Below, in pieces: positions 26,341 through 41,321 of a DNA stretch of 64,000 bases. The notes under the pieces are model-generated. The model did not search any database. It was given only the letters and a program-made list of their open reading frames with translations, and had not been told where the DNA came from. The translations under genes and the position numbers were made by a program. The first letter of the stretch is position 1, and each line of letters starts with the position of its first letter. This stretch comes from Octopus sinensis (taxonomy: Eukaryota): positions 41,168,001 through 41,232,000 of the forward strand of contig NC_042999.1 of assembly GCF_006345805.1 (NCBI RefSeq), written 5' to 3'.

Positions 26341-26799
26341 TAAATCCCGTGGCATTCATAAATACTCATGAATCAAATTTCCTTATGTAGTCATTTTTGC
26401 AACTTTGCTTCAAAGAAATAAGGAAATTTGGCAACCCTTTAAGCAATATTAGAAAGGTGTGTTCGAAATATAAATGTGAACTGTATTGTGAAATTAGAAT
26501 TTACTCATTGAAAAGAAGTGTTTAAGAGCATTACTAAAGGCTCTATTTGAAATACATGCATAAACATACATACATAAATATGAATATGTGCTCGCACAAT
26601 GACCCACAGCATGCGCACTAACATATAAACAAAAAGAACATAGCTCGGATAACGGACAGAGTCAACGACTGTTGAAAAGTTGCAAGACGTAACGAAAAGT
26701 TTAGAAAAAATTTTAGAATATGTAAATGAATGGAAATCGAACCGGTGAGTGTGTTAAATAATAAATCACTAAAAGAGAACGAATCTTCCCAGATAAATA

Positions 26800-26913
26800 A
26801 TATATATATGTGTATGTGTGTGTATGGGTGTGTATGTGTGGGTGCGTGTGGAAATAAGGTGCTGATAAACCGTAGCGACTCCAAGCCAGACAGACATATA
26901 TATACATGTGTAC

Positions 26914-26958
<45 letters not shown>

Positions 26959-27059
26959 CTGAGTGTGTGTATATATATACATACATATATATATATGTGT
27001 GTGTGTGTATGTATGCATGTGTGTGTATATATATATATATGTGTGTGTGTATGTATGCA

Positions 27060-27115
<56 letters not shown>

Positions 27116-27345
27116 ATGTATGCATGTGTGTGTATATATATATATTATATGTGTGTGTGTGTATGTATGCATGTGTGTGTATATATATATATATGTGTGT
27201 GTGTATGTATGCATGTGTATATATATATATATATATTATATGTGTGTGTGTGTATGTATGCATGTGTATATATATATATATATATGTGTGTGTGTATGTA
27301 TGCATGTATATATATATATGTGTGGTGTATGTATGCATGTGTATG

Positions 27346-27377
<32 letters not shown>

Positions 27378-27390
27378 ATATATATATTCT
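26800..27390. repeat. (TA)/(TG)/TATGCATG mosaic satellite
   Basis: Directly visible. Confidence 0.95.
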
Positions 27391-27917
27391 CCCATTAGAA
27401 AATTCTTCGATTTCACAAATTAAGGTATATATGCCCTTTGAAATACGTGACTATTTTCCATCAGTTTGTGTATTCGTGTATATGTTTGTCTGTAAATATA
27501 TGCACATGTTTGTGGGCGTGTATGGTTATTTTTGTTTAGATGTTGTTTCTCCTTACTTCTCATTCTAGTTTGGCTATTATTTTTCTGTTTTGAATATGAG
27601 ACAGAAATGTATGAAATTCTTCAGAAATACTTTGATAAACAGACATCATTGAAATCTCATTACAAAGGATTTTTGTTTCAAAATACTATGATATCGTAAT
27701 CGTTTCTAACTCTGATGAAATAAGGTGGGATGCATAATTGTTTCGTCACGTAGTTACAGATTCTTGTGAGTGTATTTGTTTGGTTTTCTTAGCTCTCATT
27801 AAAAAGTAAAACTTGCTTCATCCCGGAAAATTTTCCTTTACATCTGAGAACTGACAATTGTTGTTAATAAGAGGTGAAACAAGTTATTCCTTAAACTGTC
27901 TAATGTTACACAAACTA

Positions 27918-28345
27918 TGGCGGCGAGCTGAGAGAATCGTTATCGCGCCGGGAAAATGTCAAGCCTCGTTTCATCCGTTTTTACGCTCTGAATACTGCAG
28001 ATGTGGACTTTTCCTTTCATTCTTTCAGGGTCGATAAAATAAGTACCAGTTAAGCACTGGGGTGCATGTAATCGACTTACCCCTCCACCGAAATTGCTAG
28101 CCTTGTGCCAAAATTTGAATTCGATATTGCATAATCTATTCGAATCGTTAGAGCGCCGGGGATAATGCTTAGTAGCATTTCGTCTGTCTCTCCGTTCTGA
28201 GTTCAATTTCCACCGTGGCCGATTCTACCTTTCAGTCTTCCGCTTTTGATAAAATAAGCACCAGTTTAGTACTGGAGAGCTGATGCAATTGACTTATCCC
28301 CACCACCGCCTCCGAAACTGCTGGCCTTGTGCCAAAACTTGAAGC
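27918..28345 (+). mobile_element. Two co-oriented SINE family B copies
   Basis: Heads at about 27918 and 28140; both end TTGTGCCAAAA. Confidence 0.8.
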
Positions 28346-28369
28346 CAATATCACATAAACTACGGAAGA

Positions 28370-28785
28370 CTCTCTTTACTCTTTACTCTTTTACTTGTTT
28401 CAGTCATTTGACTGCGACCATGCTGGAGCACTGCCTTTAGTCGAGCAAATCGACCCCGGGACTTATTCTTTGTAAGCCCAGTACTTATTCTATCGGTCTC
28501 TTTTGCCGAACTGCAAAAAGTGACGGGGACGTAAACACACCAGCATCGGTTGTCAAGCAATGCTAGGGGGACAAACACAGACACACAAACATACACACAC
28601 ATATATATATATACATATATACGACGGGCTTCTTTCAGTTTCCGTCTACCAAATCCACTCACAAGACATTGGTCGTCCCGGGGCTATAGCAGAAGACACT
28701 TGCCCAAGATGCCACGCAGTGGGACTGAACCCGGAGCCATGTGGTTGGTTAGCAAGCTACTTACCACACAGCCACTCCTGCGCCT
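28370..28785 (-). mobile_element. SINE family A, intact full-length reference copy
   Basis: tRNA head, CORE-like segment, CA/TA linker, (AAAGAGT)n tail. Confidence 0.95.
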
Positions 28786-29444
28786 GTGGATAAACAACTT
28801 TGTGTTATACTTCATAATACCCCATATATAGGCTTCTGATAGATAGTTCTGTGTATCAATGGTAAATAACAATTTGCCTATACACATTTGGAATCACTCG
28901 AATTTTAGTTATTAGATTGTTTGGTACTTTACTCCACTTTACTCCACTTTACTCCAACGAAGATATTTAGATTCATTTGTGCTGCATTCATAACAACAAC
29001 GTCTTTTATGTCTTCTTGGGTCTTCGTTCAATTGAGCTCATATCTCATAGGTTACCATTCATTATTACGAGTGATGTCAGCACTTCTAGTTTTATCAGCC
29101 ACTTTCTAGATTCGTGTCTTACAATCCTGCTCTTCCTTTTTTTTTTTATAAAGCTATCAATACAATAAATTACGCACACAGAATGAAGATATTCTAAAGC
29201 CTCTTATACGTTTGATGTGGATATTTGAAGAAAATATGCGAACATTTCTGCTATATTGTTACATCTTTGGCACTGCGATATTCATAAATTGTATCATAAT
29301 CCTTAAGTTCTAGCAGGTTACAAAAATAACAATTGAAGCATACTTGATAAATTAAAGAATATGTAAATAAAATTTAAACTGTATAAATACTTAGTCCTTA
29401 TTCATGTGAGCAGCAGTAGTTGAGTTATTTCCATAGTTATTCTT

Positions 29445-29958
29445 TTATTCTTTTACTTGTTTCGGTCATTTGACTGCAGCCATGCTGGAGCACCACTTTG
29501 AAGTATTTTGGTCAAAGAAATCGACCTCAGGACTTTTTTTAAAGGATAGTACTTCTTCTATCGAACTCTTTTGCCGAACTGCTAGATTAGGGGGCGTAAG
29601 CACATCAACACCGATTATCAAGCGATGATTGGGCACAAACACACACACACACATATATATATACATATAGTTAATCCAAACATGAAAACACAAAGAGAAA
29701 ACACAACAACGCGAGGACGTAGAACAAGCATAGTGTTATGGGACGCTCAAGAAAGAAAGAAAGGTGGAGGATCTAACGTTTCGAGCGAAGCTCTTTATAT
29801 ATATATATATATATATGACAGGCTTCTTTCAGTTTCCGTCTACGAAGTCCACTCGCAAAGGTATATTAGAAGATACTTGCCCAAGGTGCCACACTGGGAC
29901 TGAACACAGAGTATGCGGTTGGGAAACAAGCTTCTTACCACACAGCCACATTTGCACC
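29445..29958 (-). mobile_element. SINE family A with a foreign 126-bp cassette in its linker
   Basis: Matches 28370-28785 except for the extra segment 29670-29795. Confidence 0.85.
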
Positions 29959-31079
29959 TGTTGATTGTTACCTTATCTTCTCGGTATACTATCGCTTGAT
30001 CACCTTGTCTGAGAGTGTTTTACATATAAGCGGAACCGAGCTCTTTATAGAAGTATTGAGGGATAAGGAACTAACTATCGAAGAGCCAGTTTTGATACAA
30101 ATAAGAGAAGGCAATGACAATCATCAAGTTCAAAAGAACAATGCATCATTAGAATGTTATATCAATTTTAGTTGCAGAGTGTTGCTTTATTTTAGAAATA
30201 TAGTAATATTAGGTAGCAAAGGTAACTCTAGTGTGATTTGAGCGTAAAACGCAAGCAACGTAACTGAAAATACTTACCGTAACGAACTTGGTTCGTCATG
30301 CTAATAGTGCTGCCAATCAAACTCCTTAATTCTCTATAATCTTAACAATATCTTTTGCCTCCAATCTCTTTCAAATCCTAACTTCAGTCGCTTATTTTGC
30401 TACTTTTTGTCTAATACACAGATTTTGTTGCAGTTATGACAGGCACTATCATAATAGGCTTTACACCTGAGTTTAAAGCAAGCTTTCACATTCTGAAAGC
30501 AGTATCCTCCAGAAACCACACAAGCAAACACATATATTTACGTATTAGAAACGACTAACGTCTTCATTTATTATCTCTCTAACATTTTAATTCCATAGTC
30601 TAGAATATCCTCTTTCTTCTTTTCCGTTTTACTAGCAATTACTTATGCGTTCGTGGCTGTCGTTCGTACATTCTGAGTCTGTAAGCTGTCGTTCATTGAA
30701 TATATACGCATAGCTTCATGTATTTCACTTAAAATGTTTAGCTAGGTGTAGTGAGGATCCTGTACGTAGCTGTGTTCTTCTGAAAGTAATTATTTTCAAT
30801 TGCTGCTACAGGAAGGTGAGCAACAGCAGCATTACTGTCAAGAATAATATGTTTGCAAGCATGTGTAATTAATTATATGATGTAGTCTAGTATAAAAACA
30901 AAACATCGCTTGATTATCGCCCACATAAGATGTCAAGCTACACGAAGAAGCGCACACATTAACATACATATGCACAGCTACACACATATACATACATATA
31001 TATATATATATACATGACATTAGACATGCCTACCTCTGCATAAATAGTCAGATGCATACAGCATACACACACATAAATT

Positions 31080-31463
31080 TGTATGTGTATGCATATATAC
31101 GTATGTGTATATGAATGTATGTATATATATATATATATTATATATATATATATCTATATATATATATATTATATATATATATTATATATATATATATGTA
31201 TGTATATATGTATATATGTGTGTATATAAAGGTATATATATATGTGTGTATATATATGTACATATCTTTATGTATATATATATATATGTATATATGTATA
31301 TATATGTGTGTATATAAAGGTATATATATGTATGCATGTATATATATATATATTATATATATACATATATTTATATATTTTCATATATCTATATACATAC
31401 ATGTTTAGATATATATATATATATGCATATATATATATATATTATATATATATATATGCATAT

Positions 31464-31525
<62 letters not shown>

Positions 31526-31530
31526 GATAT
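31080..31530. repeat. (TA)n-rich mosaic array
   Basis: Directly visible. Confidence 0.95.
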
Positions 31531-31708
31531 GATATTAAATACTGCTATGAAGATAACATACATAAATACAAACGCACACTTAATAAGTGTGCATTCTGAA
31601 TGTCTCGGTGGTTACATGCACACGTTTGTATGTTTGTGTGAATTACGAATTCTGCATCTTCAGCTTTCAACAAACAGATAGACAGTCAGACAACCCCCCT
31701 CCAACATA

Positions 31709-31762
<54 letters not shown>

Positions 31763-32104
31763 CAGAGATAGAAAGATAAAAATAGAGAAAGGGAGACTTA
31801 CGCTAACCCTTTCAATGTTTTCAAATGTACTCTATTAGAATAAACGTTTTCTACTTTTAATTTCAATTCCCTATGCATATACCTTCACCTAAACATATTA
31901 AAGACGTTGCTATTTAAATTTCATTTCCTTATATTTTATATTTTACATACATTTTACATTCTTGTTTATCATTGTGAAAATAGAGAAAAGCTATTGAAAT
32001 ATATTGTATTCCATGCTGTCTGCAATCATGTGACTCCATAATGTATTAATGTTTAAAGTATGCAGTCATATGCAACTGCGTTTCCCCCATTGTCTGAATT
32101 GCAT

Positions 32105-32530
<426 letters not shown>

Positions 32531-32564
32531 CTTAACTATTTAAAAATCTTTCAGCTCCATAAGT

Positions 32565-33250
32565 GTGATCATGCTGGGGCATCACTTTTGACTGAGCTAC
32601 ACCATTATTTGAAACCTTCTCTGATAGGTGACATTTGGTCAATAAGGGACTTTGATGCTGCTGCCCTCAACAGTGTTACCTTACATCCACACCATGCAGG
32701 TCTCTAAGGTATTTTGGAAGGGTATTAAAGAAGCTTGAAAACCGAGCTGTTGCAGTATTTAGTTCTGTATTTTGATGGCAATGCTGGGATTTTTGGCACA
32801 ATGCAGTGGTGCACCTTTCCGCAGTTTGAGTAACTTACAAAATCAAAGTTTGGTACAAGGCCTTCTAGGGTTTTCCGGATGTATACCGCTGTATATCTGT
32901 CCCGCCTTCGTTCCAGGGAGAAGAGTTTTAATTCTTTCAGTCTTTCCCTGTAGCTGATATGTTGCATCGAGACGATTTTCTATTTTCCTATTTGTGTTTC
33001 CTTGGAGGTGGCTCCGTTGGCCACTACTGCCTGACCTCTATGTTTTAGAAAGCCATTCTCCAAGTTGTCCGTTTATGCCGAGATCACGCAATTTGTGACA
33101 TATCATACCATGGTCATGTTTATCAAGGGATTTTGCAAAATCGTGATATATTACATCTACACTTGAGTCACTCAGCAGCTGTTTTAACACCCATTCGTTG
33201 TCTTGCAGGAGCTGTGCTTCACAGCTTCTATCTGGTCGAAATCCACCCTG
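32565..33250 (-). mobile_element. Decayed CR1/L2-type LINE ORF2 with a large internal deletion
   Basis: GFRPDRSCEAQLL...VDVIYHDFAK...HKLRDLGING (RT N-terminal part), then QAVVANGATSKETQI, then directly SYRERLKELKLFSLERRR (ORF2 C-terminus). Confidence 0.88.
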
Positions 33251-33259
33251 GGTGAATTT

Positions 33260-33409
33260 GCGTTTCTTCCGCTCTATCTGGGCTGTTGTTCTAGGAAAAT
33301 CATTACTTTTAAGTGCCGCTGCAATGATGTTGTTGGGTGGGTCACCTTCGGAGATCTTCCATGCGTGTACAAATAATTCCAGATCTTTTGACGACCAGTT
33401 CCGTAACAT
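33260..33409 (-). other. Myb/SANT (trihelix-like) fragment in frame with the LINE RT remnant
   Basis: NWSSKDLELFVHAW...IAAALKSNDFPRTTAQIERK resembles the W-x-x-x-E..L...W / IA..L....RT..Q...K pattern; recalled from memory, no HMM run. Confidence 0.45.
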
Positions 33410-33914
33410 TTTTACTAGGGATACGGGAGGAAGAAAGGCAGAGAGAGAGTGCGAAATGGTGGGACATAGAGAGCAGGAGAGACAAGGAGATGGATAGGGG
33501 GGAGAGAGGGAAATAGGGGAGGAGATAGAAGGAGGTTGACCTGAGAAGGAGGGAGAGGGCGAGAAAGGCAGGGAGGGAAAGAGTGTGAGAGGTCAGCAGA
33601 GGGAAGGAGATAGGGTAAGAAAGGAAGAGAGAGTGAAACAGAGGTGCGAGAGAGAGTGAGTGCGAAATGGGGTGGAAACTGAGACAAAAGGAAATTTACC
33701 TGAAAGAGAGAGAAAGACAGTGCCAGATCGACAGAGAGCGAGAGAGAACGGGAGAGATAGACAAGCGAGAGACAAGGAGGAAACCTGAGAGAGAAAAAGA
33801 GAGATGGAAGGTGGGTTGTATAGTTAAAACGTGCAGATATTGTTTCTATATCCCCACTGGCATAAACTTTACAAAGGGTGAACGTATAGTTATTATATTA
33901 TTTAAATTATTTAC

Positions 33915-34350
<436 letters not shown>

Positions 34351-35794
34351 TATACATGCATATATGGGTGCAGGACTCAAAAAAAACGTCGAACACAATG
34401 AGAAACGAAAACACATAACCAAGGAAATGGACATTTTTCTTAAACAACGATAAAATAGAGGATAGGACATACAACACAAGGAAAATTCCCCTTCTTCAGT
34501 CGCCTCTGTTTCATCTATTCCGCGTTTCGAAGATCATGTGTGTAAAAATAAATGTATGAGTATACACATATATATGTATGTTAGTTTATGTACATAGACA
34601 CGCACTGACGGACATCTACATTCCATTTAATTAAATACATAGAAATTATGATATTGTAATGAAAAACGAATCGATATTGATCCGCTTCTTTCAAATAATT
34701 TTTTTTTTAAATATGAATTTCACATTCTACGTCGCCTTATTTTAAAATGTTTGACAAATGTTGTGAGTTACCTGATGCACACGCGACATATACCTAAGCA
34801 CTTACCTGTATTACATTCTATACGGTTACCTGTTTACATATATTTATCGATCTTTTCTGGAAAGAAGTATTTACAATATTAGTGTTTCAGTTAAATGTGT
34901 TTTTTGACATTTTCGTATCGATTTAATAAAGTTTTCATATTTTAGCATTTCTAGTTCTTTATATGTTCATTTCTTTTTTGTTATTTGGTAAATTCGTTTT
35001 ATATTTTTGCTCTTTCCATTTCGTCATCCTCAATAAATTTATATCAGCTATATGACAGAATTTTTTCAGATACTTATCTATGCACACCGAAAACCAAAAT
35101 ACGCACAATACACTTAAATAAACAGGTACATGATAAAATGCACATGTGCGTATGTACACACTAGTTTGGCGTGTACATATTTGCACATGCTATTTCTATC
35201 ATGATCAACACTTATAGACTTTCACCTGCATCAAGAATACAGTTTCCTTGCAGTGTATGTAGGCAACGGAAATGCCATTAAAATCTTTACAGGCTTAGAT
35301 TTGAAGGCTTAGTTGGAGAATAATGCATTTCCATGGATATCACTTACTGCAGAACATACATATGCACACACATTCATTCAAATCTGCAAATGCTTGTTCA
35401 CTTGCATTGAATCACGCACATAAATGTAAACACCTTTGAAGCATTCATATTTAAAGTAGCTACGTTTCAATCAATAGATGACACTTGATCGAACAGAGAT
35501 TTAAATTAAATATTGCCGGATCAAATTAATCCATACTTTTAAACTGACTGCTGCCGCAAAAACGCTTCGGGATCAGTTTACCTTAGAAAGTCAATAAAAT
35601 ACTAGAAAAAAAACAAAAACAATAAGCAGCAACTGACACATCGTTGCTGTCTTATAATGGAAAATATACTAACGATATGCAATATAATGGATAGCGTTTG
35701 GAAGCGTGCAAATCGAAATGAACTCATACAACGCAACGATTCCTTCAACTGACAATTGTTCAAAGATGTGCTCCCGTATGGCCAGACTTTAATG

Positions 35795-36170
35795 ACTCTT
35801 ACTTTTTTACATGTCTTAATACTCTTTTACTTTTTTACTTCGGATATGCTGGAGCACCGCATTTTCGTCGAATAAATCGACTCCGGGGCTTATTCTTTGT
35901 AAGCCTAGTACTTATTCTATCGGTCTCTTTTGCCGAACCGCTAGATTATGGGGACGTAAACACTCCAACTTCGGTTGTCATGCGATGGTAGGGGACAAAC
36001 ATAAACACAGAAATACACACACACACACCAACACATGCACACACACACATATACGACGTGCTTCTTTCAGTTTCCGTCTACCAAATCCATTCACAGGGCT
36101 ATGGTTCGCCTGAGGCTATAGTAGAAGACACTTGCTCAAAGTTCTACGCTGTGGCACTAAACCTGGAACC
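35795..36170 (-). mobile_element. SINE family A, extreme 5' end lost
   Basis: Similarity to 28370-28785. Confidence 0.88.
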
Positions 36171-36175
36171 ACATA

Positions 36176-36232
<57 letters not shown>

Positions 36233-39200
36233 GTGAACAAAGATTAATCTTCTCTCTTCTCTCCTTTACGCCAAATGGGCTCAGCTCTCCTCCCCTCTTC
36301 AGCTAACCCTCCTCCATCTCCTCTCTCTCTCACATCTATTTACTCCCACCCACCTCTTCTCTCTTGCTCCAACTCCTACTTCTTCTCTTCACTCCTCTCC
36401 TTCTCTCTTCTCTTCACTCCTACCCACCTTCTCCCTCCCACTCTTCCTTCATCGTCACCCCTCCCTCGTATCCCCACTCCTACACAATCCAACCCCACCT
36501 TCCCTATCCATGCCATCCCACGCTCACTTCTACTTCACCCTCAGCCTAACCCACACCCCACCCTTGCTTTCCCCACTCTTGCCTACCCCACATCCCAACT
36601 AACCCACTCACATCTTTCGTCGGCCCAACGCTATAGTAAAATAGTAGAAAAGACTTGGTCAAGAAGCCACGCAGTAGGACCTAGAACTATATTGCTGGGA
36701 TGCAAACTTCTCACCACAAAACCAGCCCTACATGAAAAATATCATATAAAGGTCTATGAACTGAAAAGAGACATTTACTTAAACGAAAAGGGTTTAGAAA
36801 TTTGTTTTACTGCAAAACTGTGGTGATGATTTAAATTTTATGAAACTGGAAAGCTTTGTTTTTTTATCATAGTAGAAGTGAGAAGGAAAACCTGTTCTAT
36901 ACACAGGAGTTAGTATATTATAAACAAAATAGGATTAGTTAGGAACGTCTGTATATGAAACAATCGTACATGAAAATCTAAATGTTATTGAAGATTAAAT
37001 CTCAATCGTTGGTGAAATTTGGAGTTAGGAACTGTTTGACTTACATTGGGATTGATAAAATTGCGTGTGTGAGATATGTACGTGGTTGTTTGTCAGTACA
37101 AATTCTTCTAGTGTTTGTGCATTTGATGAAAAAAATGTTCCATAGAAGTTTTAGCATCGTGAGTAAGCTAAGTACACATGAGTAATATAAATTTACGAAG
37201 TTTTATATTCGCATACAGGGAAAACATAATATAATCATAATATGAAAGTAAAAGCTTTCGGGCCGAAAATGCCCGATTGCGGTATCTCAACAAATTTAAC
37301 TGTAAATAAAATAAGAACTTTGCAAATCACAGTTGAATAAACGAACGTGTACCTAAATATAAATAACCATAAATATATATTTTCCTTCATACATATATTT
37401 TCCTATATATAATGCTAATACCCCTGAAGTCTGCACTTATACAGAATTTTTTATATAAAAATATCTAGAAGATTTGTATTATGCTCGCTGTTCTAGTAAG
37501 CCTCGAGAGGTGAAACTTAGATTTACAACCAACCCCCTACGTATTTACATTCACACATTTATATATATTTGTATATACATATACACATATACATTCACAA
37601 ACTCACATATTTGTGCTGTGAGATTGTGTATGCATGTACAGTGTATGCGGACACTTTTTTCCCCCTTGTCAATGCGTGCATATATTTATAAAATAGGTAA
37701 AAGAATCACAGAACTTCGAAGAAAAGTATCCTATACCATTTGCAGTAAACTGCAGAGCAGCTAACTACATAAGACATAATAGTTTCTTCTTCTTCTTCTT
37801 CATTTTTTTTGTTTTTTTTTTGTTTTACCTTTTTCAATATATTTATGTATACATTTATTTTTGTTTTCGTTTTCGTCTGAGATCGTGCATCGAGTGCTAT
37901 CGATGTCTGCTGCCAGCAAAATGTTGTACGGAATAGTCAATATATATTCGTTCTATCAATACAAAGAAACTAAAAGATTGTATGAAATGGTGAAATCGAA
38001 GCAGTTACTGCTGCCCTCCTCCACTTCCACCTCCTCTTCATCCTCCTCCTCTCAATGCTTTCAGCTGCTCTTGCTGCTAACCTCTTTTCTTCTTTCGCTT
38101 GTTTACCTTCTTTCTTTTTACTATATTGTTTTCGTGTCTCTTCTTCCTTAACTAGTATTTTTATACATTTTTTTTATATCTATTATTTCTTCAGTTCATT
38201 CCTAATTTGTTTCGCTATTTTTTTTTTTCTTCAGTTCTTCAAAGCTTTTTTTTTTCTTTGCTTGTTTTTAATTATTTTTCTTTCGCTAATAATTTATTTC
38301 TTACTGTCCGTCTCTTTCATTTTCTTTGTCTAACTCTTCTCTTGACCTACTTTCTTCTTAAACAAGTTTATGTATTTTTTTAGTCTGATTTCTCTTTCTT
38401 CGTTTCTTTGGTATTTATTATAAACTTTACGTCTACCTTCCTGTCTTTATTTCTAACATTCATTCTTGTTTTTATTTTTATTTATTTCTCTCTTGTTGCA
38501 GGCTTTTATGTCTTGTTTATTCATTAATTTCAGGCTTTTTAATTTCTTCTTTTATGTCCTATATTTTTTTTTTCTTTCAAGCATTCTTTTTTTCTTGTTT
38601 TCAATCTGTTCTTTCTAATCACGTGAGGAACATTATCAACTGACAATTATTTCAAGGAGTCTTGAGTCAGCGTTTCATTTTCAATTCGTGATTGGAACCG
38701 TTTGATTTTGAATGCACTACCAGTATATATCGACTGTATATATAATATGGCGACATTAAAATTCTATATACCAATCATTAGAATGAAATAATGCGTTATA
38801 TTCACCGATAATTACGAAGTCTCAAACATTGAATCCAACATTTACGAACGAACATAAAACTATGCGATTCAATCAGCAATTTAATGCTGGGCGCTAGGAT
38901 GTTTTTTTTTCAAAGATAGTCACGGCTATCTCCCCCTCAATCAAATTGTTACCGAGTTCTTCGGGATATCCATCAAATTTTCTTTGTCCATTCTAAAGAC
39001 TGTAAATTTTATGCTGTTCTAAAGCTGAGCTTTTTCTGATGTGTTAAGTCTACTATTTTACTCTTTTTTTTTTGTTATTACTCTTTTTTTTTTTTTGGCA
39101 GCGAGGAGATTTTGCCATTTTCTTCTAGTCTCCTTCTCATCTTTCATTATGATGAGGAGGCGTTTGTGGGAATTGAACATTCACGTCTATCCTCGTATCT

Positions 39201-40063
39201 ACGTTTAATGTTGTTCTGTAAACATCAGTCCCTGGGATATGATATTGCTTATTCCTCCGTGTAAAATTCTATTTGTTCTAACTGCCAAATCTATTACCCT
39301 TAATGTTATGTCTTGAGCCCATTGACTAGGGGTACAAAGATCAATGAAAATAGACTCACTTAAAAAAGCCCAGTGATTCTTCCAGATATTGTTTTGTGAA
39401 ATTTGCAATCGTTCTCGAATTTCACTAAGACATTTACCTCTTTTTCCTGTACTGGTCAAATTCCTTGAACAACGAGGCACTTCCATTCGTAATATAACTG
39501 TCCAATGTATTTTTCCTTGGAACGGACTATGTCTGGTTAATCATACTAACGAATTTGCTATTACATTTTGGCTGTCACAATTTGTTGCATGTTGAGATAC
39601 AAATATGTGATGTTGTGCCTACTTTTGTAAATATTTTTCATTTGTGTAATATTTTTTTACGTTATTTGATATATTTGTATCCAGGGCTGAGTGAAACTGA
39701 TACCTTAGTATATCCCATGTTGACAAACATTACAGCAATGTTGTTGTTTCTCATGTAAACACATGCCTAGTCATTCTTAATGGTGGGTCATCGATAGCAT
39801 CGACATTAGTAATTAAGAAGTACTTTATATTATGTAGCCGGAAAGGCGAAAAGCATAACTTGAACTAGGAACGTAAACGAGACAGAAGTATTACTGTTTC
39901 CTACGTGAACGTAGTAAGCTAGCACATAAAGAATATAAGCGCAGGCATGAATTTTTTCAGCGAAAGAGTGTATTGATTTGTTACAGTTAGATAACTGTAT
40001 GCATTCAAAGTAATGGAAAAGCTGTATGAATACGAGCGACAAGCGGTGATGGTGAATTATAAA

Positions 40064-40451
40064 TACAAGATTTTATGGGATTTGTCCGTAAAGAGTGACC
40101 ATGCTTTTGAAGCAAGGAGAACAAATATGAAAGTAGGACGCATTAAGAAACAGAGAGAAAAGAAAGCGAAAACGGCGTGATATAATAGACTTTGCTATAG
40201 GATATGATAATAGGGCGGTTGCCAAAAAAATTAAGTAACCTGAGAAATATCACAACGCAGGTAGAGAGCTGAAGAGGTTGTCAAAGAGAAACGTAATAAT
40301 TGTTCCTTTGGTAATTGGTTCGCATGACGCAATTCGCAGACTGCTACGTAAGAGTTTGAAGCGTATACGAATTGAAGCAAACATTTTCGAACTGAAGAGA
40401 AGCGCCCTCTTGTCTCCTGCAAGGATCCTAAGAAAGATTCTGGAGATTTAA
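40064..40451 (+). mobile_element. Decayed R4/Dong-type (RLE) non-LTR retrotransposon 3' end
   Basis: KILWDLSVKSDHAFEARR, then after a frameshift IIDFAIGYDNRA...EKYH..RELKRL...IVPLVIG...SALLSPARILRKILEI*; one internal stop. Confidence 0.82.
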
Positions 40452-40547
40452 AGGAACATGTTTTCATCAAATCTCAAGGCAAGACCCCTGTTAAGTAAAT
40501 TAGCTTTCAATAGATTTATAATAGCAATTATGATTTCTTTCTACTAT

Positions 40548-40740
40548 AAGATGAAAGTCTGAAATTTTGCGGGAGGGATCTACCCGATTACGTTGAACCC
40601 CAGTGCTCAAATGGTACTTTGTTTTATCGAATCTGAATGGATGAAAGACAAAATCGACCTCGGCCAGATTTCAACACAGAAGCCGGAAGAAAAGCCAACA
40701 AGCATTTTTATTCGACGCTCTAACAGCTCTGCTAATTGTT
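40548..40740 (-). mobile_element. Diverged SINE family B
   Basis: Core and head in reverse orientation. Confidence 0.7.
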
Positions 40741-40940
40741 CTCTTTAATGATTACGATAATAAAAATTATGATGATGATAATAATAATAATAATAATGAT
40801 ATGTCTAGATAATAAAAGCCGAGGTAAACGTTGGTTGTTTGATTTCTCTTGTCATACTTTACACTGTAGAGAGGGATACTGTGCTTGGTGGCAGGTAATA
40901 AGTAAATGAAGGATAGATTAAATATGCTCTGCCTCTACTA

Positions 40941-41122
40941 CACTTGTTTAGGCTATCTCTTTAGAAATTATAACTAGCGCTAACTTTTGCTACGACCATT
41001 CCGAGACGCCAGATGTGAACAAAAAATGACCTCGTAGATGAAAAATGAGTATATCCCATATTTTGGCAGCTTTTTCTCCTTCATCGACGCCCATCCAACC
41101 CATTAGCCATCCACGAACTCAT
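40941..41122. mobile_element. Partial direct copy of the adjacent foldback element
   Basis: CACTTGTTTAGGCTATCTCT...CCGAGACGCCAGATG...CAACCCATTA aligns with 41322-41520. Confidence 0.7.
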
Positions 41123-41321
41123 TGCTTAAATAGTCTCTAACTACAGGAGTTCAACGTTATTGGATATAACAATTTTATTGTTATATCAAACACATTCCTG
41201 GAATCTGCTACGTAAATATTAATGGCCTGCAGGGAGGCGGTATTTCGTTATGAAATGATAATAGACTATTAAGTATATTAAACGTTTTTATAGGTCAATA
41301 CCATGTTCTACTATGTTACAT

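Noticed and set aside
34493-34528. GAAAC and CTGAAGA on the minus strand in type II hammerhead order
   Set aside because: Stems I and II do not pair and the cleavage triplet does not close stem III; at most a decayed relic.
39205-39486. 93-aa minus-strand ORF
   Set aside because: No recognisable motif or splice support; any similarity to LINE proteins is too weak to call.
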